Below are positions 28,145-36,975 of a stretch of 64,000 nucleotides of DNA, in pieces. Origin of the DNA: a virus. The DNA is taken from positions 1-64,000 of the IMG/VR virus record IMGVR_UViG_3300030329_005658; one strand, given 5' to 3'. A program made the translations under genes and the position numbers. Positions within the stretch are counted from its first letter, which is position 1. Each line of letters begins with the position of its first letter. The notes under the pieces are model-generated. The model saw only the letters and a program-made list of their open reading frames with translations. It made no database searches and was not told the DNA's origin.

Positions 28145-29066
28145 AATACTGTCAGACATCCTTGGAAGACCCAACACCCCTCAAGGTGGAGAGCTTTACT
28201 ATCATTGTCCGTATTGCAACCATCATAAGAAGAAGCTTGCCATTAACCTCAAGCGAGGCTGGCACTGCTGGGTCTGCGACAAACGAGGCAAGAACGCTTA
28301 TCGTATCGTTCGCAAGTTTGGAACATATCAGCAAAGACAGAAATGGCTTGAGCTTGAAGGCAGACTCGATTTATCAGAGTTTGATGAAATCTTTAATGAA
28401 ATTAACAACATAGAAGAAGAACAAGTGATCTCCTTACCAGACGAATTCGTTTCGCTCTGCAACAGACACCTGCCCCGGTCTTCAAAGAAAGCCCTCGATT
28501 ACCTCAAGAGCAGAGGTATTGGCCCAAGTGAAATCCTGAGGTGGAAAATCGGCTATTGCCCTGAGGGCCGATACGGCGGTCGCATCATCATTCCCTCCTT
28601 CAACAACAGGGGCAACGTCAATTATTTCATTGCCAGATCATATGTCGGTCACTCTTGGAGATACCTCAATCCCCCGGCAGAAAGAGACATAATTTTCAAC
28701 GAATTGTATGTAGACTGGGATGAGCCGGTGACGCTCGTAGAAGGAGTTTTTGATGCCATTTCGGCCGGGGAAAACGCTATTCCCGTATTAGGCTCCACTC
28801 TCCGAGACAGAGCCAAGCTTTTCCAAGCGATTGTGCTGAATGATACTCCGGTTTACATGGCCTTTGACCAAGATGCAGAAAAAAAGACTGGACAAATCAT
28901 CAAGAATATGTTATACTATGATATCGAGCTTTACAAAATTGACGTAGGTGGCTTTGAGGACATTGCCGAAATGCCGCCACGGATTTTTGCATCTCGAAAA
29001 CAAATGGCGCAAGCTATCGATCATGATGATTATTTCTTGATGGATGAGCTTAGGAGGATCATGTGA
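28128..29066 (+). CDS. DNA primase (Zn finger + TOPRIM; DnaG/T4 gp61-like)
   Basis: CPYC.H...HCWVC zinc finger; YLKSRGI; RIIIP; LVEGVFDAI and FDQDA TOPRIM motifs. Confidence 0.9.
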   Translation: MEEKIKILSDILGRPNTPQGGELYYHCPYCNHHKKKLAINLKRGWHCWVCDKRGKNAYRIVRKFGTYQQRQKWLELEGRLDLSEFDEIFNEINNIEEEQVISLPDEFVSLCNRHLPRSSKKALDYLKSRGIGPSEILRWKIGYCPEGRYGGRIIIPSFNNRGNVNYFIARSYVGHSWRYLNPPAERDIIFNELYVDWDEPVTLVEGVFDAISAGENAIPVLGSTLRDRAKLFQAIVLNDTPVYMAFDQDAEKKTGQIIKNMLYYDIELYKIDVGGFEDIAEMPPRIFASRKQMAQAIDHDDYFLMDELRRIM

Positions 29067-29758
29067 AGAAGATTAAAATTGGTAAAACATGGAACGCTTG
29101 GTGCTGGGAAGACGAGAATGGGGTCAAGCACAAAGAGTGTACTAAGTGCAACACCCTATTGGAGCTAAGCGCAGAAAACTTCTACAAACAAAATACAACC
29201 AAATCTGGGTTTAGAGCCTCTTGCAAAAAGTGTTGTGATAAACAAACAATGGAAAAATATAAGAAAGACCCACAATATTTTAAAGAATGTGCCAAAAAAT
29301 GGAAAGAAAACAACCCAGAAAGATATAGAAAGCTCTTAAATAAGCAAAGAGAAAAACAGAAACTGAAAAGAGCATCACTATCGCCCGAAGAATTAGAAGT
29401 TGTAAGAGAAGCAGAAAGAGAGAGAATAATGGATTGGAAAAGGAATAAATGTACTTCCGGAATCTATACAATAACAAACAAAGTCAACGGTAAAGTGTAT
29501 GTCGGAGAATCTTATGCTATCGAGAACAGGTGGCACTCCCATAGAAGTGCTTTGAATCGCAAAGGCAAATGCAATAGACAATTATTAAGTGATTGGGAGA
29601 CATACGGAGAGCAAGCTTTTGAATTTAAAATAATAAAAGAGTTGACAAACTCTTCAAAAATGATTAGGTTGATTGAAGAAGAAAGAATAATTACAGAATT
29701 CGAAAATAGTGGCACCACTGTTTATAACGCAGATGACAGCAGAAATAAAATAGTTTAG
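29063..29758 (+). CDS. GIY-YIG (homing-type) endonuclease with N-terminal Zn finger
   Basis: C-terminal SGIYTITNKVNGKVYVGES...RW..H...E..I...YN. N-terminal CTKC...FY...CKKC. Confidence 0.85.
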   Translation: MKKIKIGKTWNAWCWEDENGVKHKECTKCNTLLELSAENFYKQNTTKSGFRASCKKCCDKQTMEKYKKDPQYFKECAKKWKENNPERYRKLLNKQREKQKLKRASLSPEELEVVREAERERIMDWKRNKCTSGIYTITNKVNGKVYVGESYAIENRWHSHRSALNRKGKCNRQLLSDWETYGEQAFEFKIIKELTNSSKMIRLIEEERIITEFENSGTTVYNADDSRNKIV

Positions 29759-29767
29759 GAGGATAAT

Positions 29768-29980
29768 GTGAAAGAATTAGATTTACACGGAGCGAATTAT
29801 GAAGAAGTTGTCATCAAATGTCACCGGTTTCTTAATGATAACTGGGGCAAAGAGATGAAAATTATAACAGGCAAGTCAGACGAGATGAAGAAGTTGGTTT
29901 GCGAAATTATAGAAAAGTACAGACTCCAGTACCAAGTTGGAGGAGCCACAGGCTTTGAAGGCCACATAACGATCCGATAG
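29768..29980 (+). CDS. Stand-alone Smr (small MutS-related) domain protein
   Basis: AGGAGG RBS, GTG start; ELDLHG...IITGKS. Confidence 0.8.
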   Translation: MKELDLHGANYEEVVIKCHRFLNDNWGKEMKIITGKSDEMKKLVCEIIEKYRLQYQVGGATGFEGHITIR

Positions 29981-29988
29981 GAGGGTTC

Positions 29989-32900
29989 ATGTTTAAAATT
30001 GTACATATGGCGGATATTCACATTCGCAACCTCAAGTATCACGAAGAGTACCGAGCGGTCTTCAGCAAAATGTATGAGTCTCTGCTCGAACAGCAGCCAG
30101 ACTATATTACGGTTTGCGGTGATATCGCACACACGAAGACCCAACTGAGCCCTGAGTATTTTCAGCTTTGTACTGAGTATTTGCTTGGCTTGGCAAACAT
30201 CGCACCAACAATTATAATTGCCGGTAACCATGATGGCAATCTAAAAAACGCAGATCGCCAAGATGCTGTGACTCCTATTGTTAATGCGCTCAAGCACCCG
30301 AACCTTCATTATTTGAAGAATTCCGGGGAGTTTAGTCCAGAGCCGGGTATTTGTTTTAATGTTCTTTCGATTTTCGACCGAGGCAACTGGATTAAGCCGT
30401 CAAACGAAAGCGCAATCAATATCGCTCTTTATCACGGCGCGATGATTGGCAGCAAAACCGGATCAAATTGGACAATGTCACAAGGCGATGATGACATTAG
30501 CATTTTTAAGAATTTTGATTACGCAATGCTTGGAGATATACACCGGCAGCAAGAATTGGACCCTGAGGGCCGCGTTAGGTACTCTGGTAGCCTCATTCAG
30601 CAAAAGTTTAGCGAGAGCCCTCTTAAGGGCTATCTTCTTTGGGAAATAGAGTCGAAAGACAATTTTAAAGTAAAGAAAGTCAATCTTGCCAATCCAAGGC
30701 CATTTATTACAGTGCGTTTAAATTCTGATGGCACGATACCAGCAGGCACTCATGCCCCTCGTAATTGCCGCTTGCGCCTTGTGTCTTCCACAAATCTCCC
30801 TTCAGATAAGCTCAGAAAAGCAAGGGCGATAGCAGAGGCAAATTGGAGGCCATATTCGATTACAACTATTAACGGCAAAGAGGCTCATTCATCAAATGAC
30901 GGCAGTTACGCGAATGTTGTATTAAAGGAAAATCTTAGAGACTTGTCTGTTCAGGAAAAATATATTAGAGACTATTTATCGGGCATGGAACTGGACAATG
31001 CCGTAATCGACAAGGTTCTAGATCATAATAAAAAATATGACATCGTAGCACAACAGAATGAGGAGGTATCACGCAATGTTGTTTGGAAAATCAAAGAAGT
31101 CGAGTGGGAAAACTTATTTAATTACGGAGAAAAAAATAAAATCAATTTTGAAAACCTCCGGGGGCTTGTTGGCATCTTCGGCCGTAATTATTCCGGCAAG
31201 TCTAGTATTATTGACAGTATTTTATTCACACTATTTAATTCAACCTCAAAGGGTGAACGAAAGAATGTACACGTAATTAACCAAAACCGAGAGAGAGCCA
31301 AGGGCAAAATTCAAATTCAAATCGGAGATAGGACGTACCAAGTTTGCCGCAACCTTGAGAAGTATAAAAAGCGGTTGCGAGGAAAAGAGACGCAAGAAGC
31401 TAGGATCGATTTAGATTTCTCATTAATATCCGAAGACGAAAGTTTGAATGGCACCACCAGAAACGAAACAGATGCCAATATCCGTAAAAGGTTTGGAACC
31501 ATTGATGATTTTCTTTTGACATCAATGTCGAGCCAACTTGACTCTCTCTCTTTTGTTAAAGAGGGCTCAACAAAGCGCAAAGAGATTCTCGCCAAGTTTC
31601 TTGACTTGGAAATCTTTGATAAGAAATTCAAGATGGCTAAAAAAGATGCTGCGGAGATGCGTGGTGTTATAAAAAGAATGCAAGAAAAGCAGTGGGATCG
31701 CGAAATCATAAAAAACCAGGAGATTCTGGAAGAGATAGCAGAGGATAAGGCAAGGCAAGATGAGATGTGCGATTTGTTGGGCAAGCAAGTGGTTAAGATT
31801 AGTAATGAGCTTGATGCCGTAGAGGCGCAAATTAGAAGTATTCCAGCCGAGATTCTTGACATTGAACAAATCAGATCTGAAATTGAACATAAGGAATCCC
31901 AGAGGGCTATTCTGCTTAAACGAAATTTGAATCTGACATCTGATATCTCGCAAGCCCTGGATGGAATCAAGAACAGTCAGGAAATAATTTCAAAAATAGA
32001 CAAATCCATGCTCCTCTCTATTAAGAGCGAAGCCTCTGAGATTGAAGAGGGAATTAAAAAAATAAAAGATACTGCGAAGTCCTTATTGCGAGAACAACAC
32101 CAAAATCAGAAAAAGATGAAATTACTTAATGGCATCCCATGCGGAGACCAGTACCCAAGTTGTAAATTTATCTGTGATGCCAACAAGGCCTTAAAAATAC
32201 TTCCTGACCTCAGGGAGCAGTCCATACACCTTGAAAGCATGAAAAACGATTTATTGAGCGATTTGGCCGTTTTAGGGATTGGTGATGTGGATAGGCAATT
32301 GGCCCAGTATGAAGATTTAAGTAACAAGGTGAAAAAGCTCCAGAGGCAAGTAGAGACGAACCAGCTAATGTTGGAGTCTAATCGTGACAAGGCCAAGTTG
32401 TTCGCGAACGAGATTACTGACTTAAAAGTGAAATGTAAGTCCTATGAGGACAATCGAGAAGCAATTGAAAATCTGGAAACGCTCCTGAGAGAAAAACAAG
32501 GGCTGGTTTCTTCTGTCAAAAACAAACAGGTTAAGCTTGACAGGTGTGAAGCAAAATTCCATGACCTTTTGGTTGAAGAGGGAACAACTAAGCAAATTCT
32601 TAAATCCTTAATTGAAGGCAAGGCTGAAATGGAAGAGGTTGAAAAGGGTTGGGTTGCTTATGACTTGTTCATGCAATGTATGCATCCAAGTGGTATCCCT
32701 TATAGCATTATCAAGAAGCGCCTTCCCCTTCTTAACGAAGAGATAAGCAAGGTTCTGGAAAATATTGTTGATTTTGAGGTCTTTTTTATTAACAATGATA
32801 AAACGCTTGACATCATGATTAAGCACCCTGCTTATGATCCAAGGCCCCTCTCTATGGGCTCTGGTGCGGAAAAGACTCTTGCTTCTATGGCGATACGGCT

Positions 32901-33129
32901 GGCATTGATTTCAGTTACAAATTTGCCGAAATCCGAACTATTTATACTTGATGAACCAGCAACAGCTTTGGATCAAGACCATATGGAAGGGTTTACAAAC
33001 CTTTTGCGAATTATTAAAAACCAGTTTAAGACTGTAATTTTGATCTCTCATCTTGACTCATTAAAAGACGTTGTTGATAAAGTCATTGATATTCAGAAAG
33101 AAGATGGGTATGCGAAGGTTGATATATAA
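29989..33129 (+). CDS. Fused SbcD/Mre11 nuclease - SbcC/Rad50 ATPase (T4 gp47-gp46-like)
   Basis: Nuclease part: HMADIH, CGD, GNHD, LGDIH, YSGS. ATPase part: Walker A GRNYSGKSS, coiled coil, hook-like CGDQYPSC, signature GSGAE, Walker B FILDEP, ISH. Confidence 0.92.
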   Translation: MFKIVHMADIHIRNLKYHEEYRAVFSKMYESLLEQQPDYITVCGDIAHTKTQLSPEYFQLCTEYLLGLANIAPTIIIAGNHDGNLKNADRQDAVTPIVNALKHPNLHYLKNSGEFSPEPGICFNVLSIFDRGNWIKPSNESAINIALYHGAMIGSKTGSNWTMSQGDDDISIFKNFDYAMLGDIHRQQELDPEGRVRYSGSLIQQKFSESPLKGYLLWEIESKDNFKVKKVNLANPRPFITVRLNSDGTIPAGTHAPRNCRLRLVSSTNLPSDKLRKARAIAEANWRPYSITTINGKEAHSSNDGSYANVVLKENLRDLSVQEKYIRDYLSGMELDNAVIDKVLDHNKKYDIVAQQNEEVSRNVVWKIKEVEWENLFNYGEKNKINFENLRGLVGIFGRNYSGKSSIIDSILFTLFNSTSKGERKNVHVINQNRERAKGKIQIQIGDRTYQVCRNLEKYKKRLRGKETQEARIDLDFSLISEDESLNGTTRNETDANIRKRFGTIDDFLLTSMSSQLDSLSFVKEGSTKRKEILAKFLDLEIFDKKFKMAKKDAAEMRGVIKRMQEKQWDREIIKNQEILEEIAEDKARQDEMCDLLGKQVVKISNELDAVEAQIRSIPAEILDIEQIRSEIEHKESQRAILLKRNLNLTSDISQALDGIKNSQEIISKIDKSMLLSIKSEASEIEEGIKKIKDTAKSLLREQHQNQKKMKLLNGIPCGDQYPSCKFICDANKALKILPDLREQSIHLESMKNDLLSDLAVLGIGDVDRQLAQYEDLSNKVKKLQRQVETNQLMLESNRDKAKLFANEITDLKVKCKSYEDNREAIENLETLLREKQGLVSSVKNKQVKLDRCEAKFHDLLVEEGTTKQILKSLIEGKAEMEEVEKGWVAYDLFMQCMHPSGIPYSIIKKRLPLLNEEISKVLENIVDFEVFFINNDKTLDIMIKHPAYDPRPLSMGSGAEKTLASMAIRLALISVTNLPKSELFILDEPATALDQDHMEGFTNLLRIIKNQFKTVILISHLDSLKDVVDKVIDIQKEDGYAKVDI

Positions 33130-33302
33130 TGAAGGCTGAGATTGACATAAAGACAATGATTGCTATTGTTGCTAGCGTTGGGGTGCTTGGTGGCTTCTAT
33201 TACACAACGCAAATGAGGCTTGATAATATCGAGCAAGATATAATCCAACTTCAGGCTGATATCAAAAAGACCAATAAGCTTGTAAGGAGGGCTAACAAAT
33301 GA
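33129..33302 (+). CDS. Small single-TM coiled-coil protein (57 aa; not in ORF track)
   Basis: TAATG overlap. MKAEIDIKTMIAIVASVGVLGGFYYTTQMRLDNIEQDIIQLQADIKKTNKLVRRANK. Confidence 0.65.
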   Translation: MKAEIDIKTMIAIVASVGVLGGFYYTTQMRLDNIEQDIIQLQADIKKTNKLVRRANK

Positions 33303-33637
33303 GTGAACAAAATGATATTGAAAAAGAAGAGTCATGTTGTGGAGCGGAGTGCTGCGAGGAAGGCTGCGTTTGTAAGGCAGAGTGCTGTAAAGGTGGTTGC
33401 GCATGTTGTAAGCGTGACAGCCAAGGCGATGTTAAGTATGAGAATAAGTTGGGCTGGGTTGACAAGTTTATGGGAAAGTTTGTGTCTCGTAAGCTTCTTG
33501 TGTTTTCAACAGCTACTGCTTTACTAGCAATGTCTGAATTAGACACAGAGACATGGGGCCTGATCGCTATTATATATGTTGGTGGCCAATCGGTTATCGA
33601 TGCCGTGAAGACATATAAGCACGGAGGCTCTGTGTGA
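33299..33637 (+). CDS. Holin-like membrane protein with a Cys-rich N-terminus
   Basis: AAGGAGG RBS. 11 Cys in 25 aa, followed by SRKLLV and two hydrophobic helices. Confidence 0.55.
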   Translation: MSEQNDIEKEESCCGAECCEEGCVCKAECCKGGCACCKRDSQGDVKYENKLGWVDKFMGKFVSRKLLVFSTATALLAMSELDTETWGLIAIIYVGGQSVIDAVKTYKHGGSV

Positions 33638-34041
33638 TTTGGCTTGCGCTTCTAAAGCACCTTAAGATAGCAGCAGTCTTCTGCCGCCAGCATTGGCGCT
33701 GGTTGGTGGGGATTGTGGCTTTTGTTGTTGTCTATATGCTTGGCAGAAAAGGCGCAAGAGGTGTGATGGTTCAGGCTGAATTGGCTCGCAAACAATACAA
33801 AAGAGAAAGGGAAGCGATTGAAAGAGCGCATGAATTAGAGATTAAAAAGAGGCAAGAAGCTGAAAAGAGATACTCCGAAGCTTCGAAAATTATAGAACGG
33901 AGATATGAGAAAGACAAATCAAATATGTCAAAATCTAAAAAAGAAAGTATCAAACAAATGATCAAGAAAGCGAAGGACGATCCTGATGAAGTAAACAGGA
34001 TATTACAAAACGAACTAGGAATCAAAATGGAGGGTAAATGA
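33634..34041 (+). CDS. Membrane-anchored coiled-coil protein (possible i-spanin-like)
   Basis: N-terminal TM WRWLVGIVAFVVVYML followed by a charged helical region. Confidence 0.45.
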   Translation: MIWLALLKHLKIAAVFCRQHWRWLVGIVAFVVVYMLGRKGARGVMVQAELARKQYKREREAIERAHELEIKKRQEAEKRYSEASKIIERRYEKDKSNMSKSKKESIKQMIKKAKDDPDEVNRILQNELGIKMEGK

Positions 34042-34451
34042 AATATTTTTTAATGGGATTTTTAATCACTTGGTCTAACGCGGCCATTGCTAGCGAGCCT
34101 GTGTTTGCTCCCTTGAAGAAAGGAGAGAGGGCACCTTTTGATGGCCGCTTGTTTAACGATGCCGCTGTGTCAAAGCTAATAATTGAAAATCGTCTAAAAG
34201 CAGAGCAGTGTAATATTGAAATTGAGTTTCATAAGAGTAGGGCGATTGCCAAAGAAAACTACAAGTACGCTCTCCTTGAGGCGAAATCCCAAGCTGCTGA
34301 TGAGCGTCTTAATGATTTAATTTCTATTAAGCAGGATGAAATAGATCGGATATCTAAGCAATTAAAGCCCAATAGGAATTCTTGGTGGCTGGCTGGTGGG
34401 TTTGTTACAGGTGTGCTAACATCGATTGGTATTATGCATGCTGTTAAGTAG
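34038..34451 (+). CDS. Exported protein with C-terminal TM helix (possible spanin-like)
   Basis: Signal-peptide-like N-terminus, coiled coil, C-terminal WWLAGGFVTGVLTSIGIM. Confidence 0.45.
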   Translation: MKYFLMGFLITWSNAAIASEPVFAPLKKGERAPFDGRLFNDAAVSKLIIENRLKAEQCNIEIEFHKSRAIAKENYKYALLEAKSQAADERLNDLISIKQDEIDRISKQLKPNRNSWWLAGGFVTGVLTSIGIMHAVK

Positions 34452-34460
34452 GAGATCCAT

Positions 34461-34838
34461 ATGAAGAACAAAGATCCAAATTATGCTATTAAAGTCGAAA
34501 AGGCAATTGCCGACAAATACGGAGAAGAAGCCGTTCAGAATCCAAAAGCCAACTGGACAGACGAGAAGGAAAAAGAATACCTTGAACAGCTAAGCCAGGT
34601 TTATAAAAATTCCTTGTCTTCTGCATGTGGCGAAGAGCAAGTAAATGGAGTTTTTATATCCAAGAAACTACTTAAAAGAGAATCGAAGCGCTCTTGTCCG
34701 GTTTGTAATACTTATTCATTTAAATCAAACGATGACCTTTACATGTCTAAATTCGAATGTTGTGAAAAGTGCTATATCCAGTGGGTAGAGGGCAGAGAGG
34801 AAAGATGGAAACAAGGATGGAGACCCAACAATGGCTAA
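34461..34838 (+). CDS. Hypothetical protein with C-terminal Zn finger
   Basis: AGGAG RBS; CPVC...CCEKC. Confidence 0.6.
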   Translation: MKNKDPNYAIKVEKAIADKYGEEAVQNPKANWTDEKEKEYLEQLSQVYKNSLSSACGEEQVNGVFISKKLLKRESKRSCPVCNTYSFKSNDDLYMSKFECCEKCYIQWVEGREERWKQGWRPNNG

Positions 34839-35376
34839 ATCAAATATTTTAGAAATAATTCAAGGACTTGCCCAAGCAGCATCAAATGGATATGATGGCG
34901 CCCATGACGAACGTTTTGTTCGCGATGGAGAGGTTAAAAAAGTCGGCCTTAAGAGAGAAGAGGGTTGCCCCATTATGGATAAGAGAGTTAATGATGGATT
35001 TAGCGTAAGGTTTATGGGCAACCAGATGTGTATTCATTATCAATCAGATGTTAAATTAAAAGAGATTTATGCTGGTGGCTTTGAAGATGAAATGGCACGT
35101 GTAATTAATGAGATTAAGAAGTTTCTTCAAAAAGAATATAAAGCCATCACTGGTAACTCAGTTACGTTGACTAAGGAAGGCGATATTAAGATCCTTGCTT
35201 CTTCAACCTCTAGAGTCAGAAGCTTCGTACAAGCTCATCAATATTTTTCGATTTCGGGCCTTAAAGTTGATCCGGATGCTGGTGGATCAGAGAACAGAAA
35301 AGTTGAAGATTCATGGCGCAGTTTTTTAGAACTGAGCAATAATAATAAAAGGCCCCCAAACGATACAAGGAAATAA
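34831..35376 (+). CDS. Hypothetical protein
   Basis: 181-aa ORF coupled to its neighbours, directly upstream of terminase. Confidence 0.55.
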   Translation: MAKSNILEIIQGLAQAASNGYDGAHDERFVRDGEVKKVGLKREEGCPIMDKRVNDGFSVRFMGNQMCIHYQSDVKLKEIYAGGFEDEMARVINEIKKFLQKEYKAITGNSVTLTKEGDIKILASSTSRVRSFVQAHQYFSISGLKVDPDAGGSENRKVEDSWRSFLELSNNNKRPPNDTRK

Positions 35377-35385
35377 TAGGATGGT

Positions 35386-36969
35386 ATGGCCTTTAAACTT
35401 TCGAAACAAGATATTGTAAAGGAAATTGTTAAATCTGGCAAAAGCCCAATCTACTTTATTAATACGTATTGTAGAATTAGTCACCCCATGAGGGGCCTAA
35501 TACAATTTAAGACATATCCGTATCAGGATGATTTGCTAGATGATTATAACGATTTTCGTTTTAATATTATTTTAAAAGCAAGGCAGTTGGGGATTTCAAC
35601 AATCACCGCTGCCTATTGCGTTTGGTTCATGCTGTTTCACAAAGAAAAGAACATTGTTGTTCTTGCGACGAAGTTTAGCACAGCAGCCAACCTCGTTAAG
35701 AAAGTCAAAAGCATCATGAAGCACTTACCAGAGTGGATGAAAGTTGCGAGAATTTCAGTTGATAATAGAACATCTTTTGAGTTGTCTAATGGTTCCATAA
35801 TCAAAGCGGTGCCGACATCAGAAGACGCAGGTCGCTCAGAGGCGCTATCTCTATTGGTTGTTGATGAGGCTGCTCATATTGAGAAGATGACAGAAATATG
35901 GACTGCGGTCTATTCAACTCTCGCAACAGGTGGCCGTTGTATCGCCCTATCTACTCCAAAAGGAACAGGTAACTGGTTTCATAAAACATACATCGGAGCA
36001 GTTGATGGAGAGAACGAATTCAACCCGATAGAGTTAATGTGGGATGTACACCCAGAGAGAGATGCTGAGTGGTTTGAGCGTGAAACTAAAAATATGTCCA
36101 AAAGACAAATCGCTCAAGAATTGCTTTGTAATTTTAATACTTCCGGAGATACAGTTATTCACCCGGACGATTTGACATGGTTACATAAATTATTAAAGGA
36201 CCCAGATTACAGGACAGGCCATGATAGAAATTTCTGGATTTGGGAAAAGTACAATGAAGACAACACATATTTGCTCGTTGCGGATGTCGCAAGAGGCGAT
36301 GGGGCGGACAATTCAGTGTTCCACATCATTAAACTTGAGACAATGGAAGTGATAGCAGAATATCAGGGCAAACCAAATTTGGATATGTATTCCCAGATGC
36401 TTTATTCCGCCGGCTCTGAGTACGGCGACTGCCTTCTGGTCGTTGAGAACAATGGCATTGGGATATCAATATTAGAAAAGCTGGTTACTTTAGGGTATCC
36501 AAATCTGTATTATTCTGTTAAATCAACACACGAATTTGTAACACAAATCCAGGGCGAAAATATGAATAATGCTGTCGCTGGTTTTACAACATCGACCAAA
36601 ACCCGGCCACTGATAGTTGCCAAGTTGGAGGAATTCGTTAGAAATAAATTAATAAAAACTTATTCCTCAAGGTCTTATCATGAATTTAAAACTTTTATTT
36701 GGTCCAACGGGAAGCCCCAGGCGATGAGAAGCTATAACGACGATCTAGTTATGTCATTGGCAATTGCGTGTTGGGTCAGAGACACCGCACTACAAGTTAA
36801 TCAAAAGGAACAAGAATATAAAAAAGCAATGGTAAGCTCAATGTATATGAATACCACAAAGCTGAACACATCAATAAAGGGGATGGAAGGCTTTTCCCAG
36901 ACTCATCAGGAGAAATATGTTGATGAAATTCAACAAGTAAAAGATTTTTTATGGATTTACAAAGGATAA
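35386..36969 (+). CDS. terL: Terminase large subunit (T4 gp17-like)
   Basis: Walker A KARQLGIST, Walker B VVDEAAH, STPKG, nuclease ADVARG.G.D.S, ENN, NDDLVMSLAI. Confidence 0.96.
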   Translation: MAFKLSKQDIVKEIVKSGKSPIYFINTYCRISHPMRGLIQFKTYPYQDDLLDDYNDFRFNIILKARQLGISTITAAYCVWFMLFHKEKNIVVLATKFSTAANLVKKVKSIMKHLPEWMKVARISVDNRTSFELSNGSIIKAVPTSEDAGRSEALSLLVVDEAAHIEKMTEIWTAVYSTLATGGRCIALSTPKGTGNWFHKTYIGAVDGENEFNPIELMWDVHPERDAEWFERETKNMSKRQIAQELLCNFNTSGDTVIHPDDLTWLHKLLKDPDYRTGHDRNFWIWEKYNEDNTYLLVADVARGDGADNSVFHIIKLETMEVIAEYQGKPNLDMYSQMLYSAGSEYGDCLLVVENNGIGISILEKLVTLGYPNLYYSVKSTHEFVTQIQGENMNNAVAGFTTSTKTRPLIVAKLEEFVRNKLIKTYSSRSYHEFKTFIWSNGKPQAMRSYNDDLVMSLAIACWVRDTALQVNQKEQEYKKAMVSSMYMNTTKLNTSIKGMEGFSQTHQEKYVDEIQQVKDFLWIYKG

Positions 36970-36975
36970 TATAAT

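Noticed and set aside
28072-28413. 113-aa alternative-frame ORF over the primase start
   Set aside because: It overlaps array paralog 15 and primase, which both have better RBS and motif support.
31317-31970. 217-aa minus-strand ORF (also 60484..61035 and other antisense ORFs)
   Set aside because: They are shadows of well-supported plus-strand genes and have no recognisable motifs.
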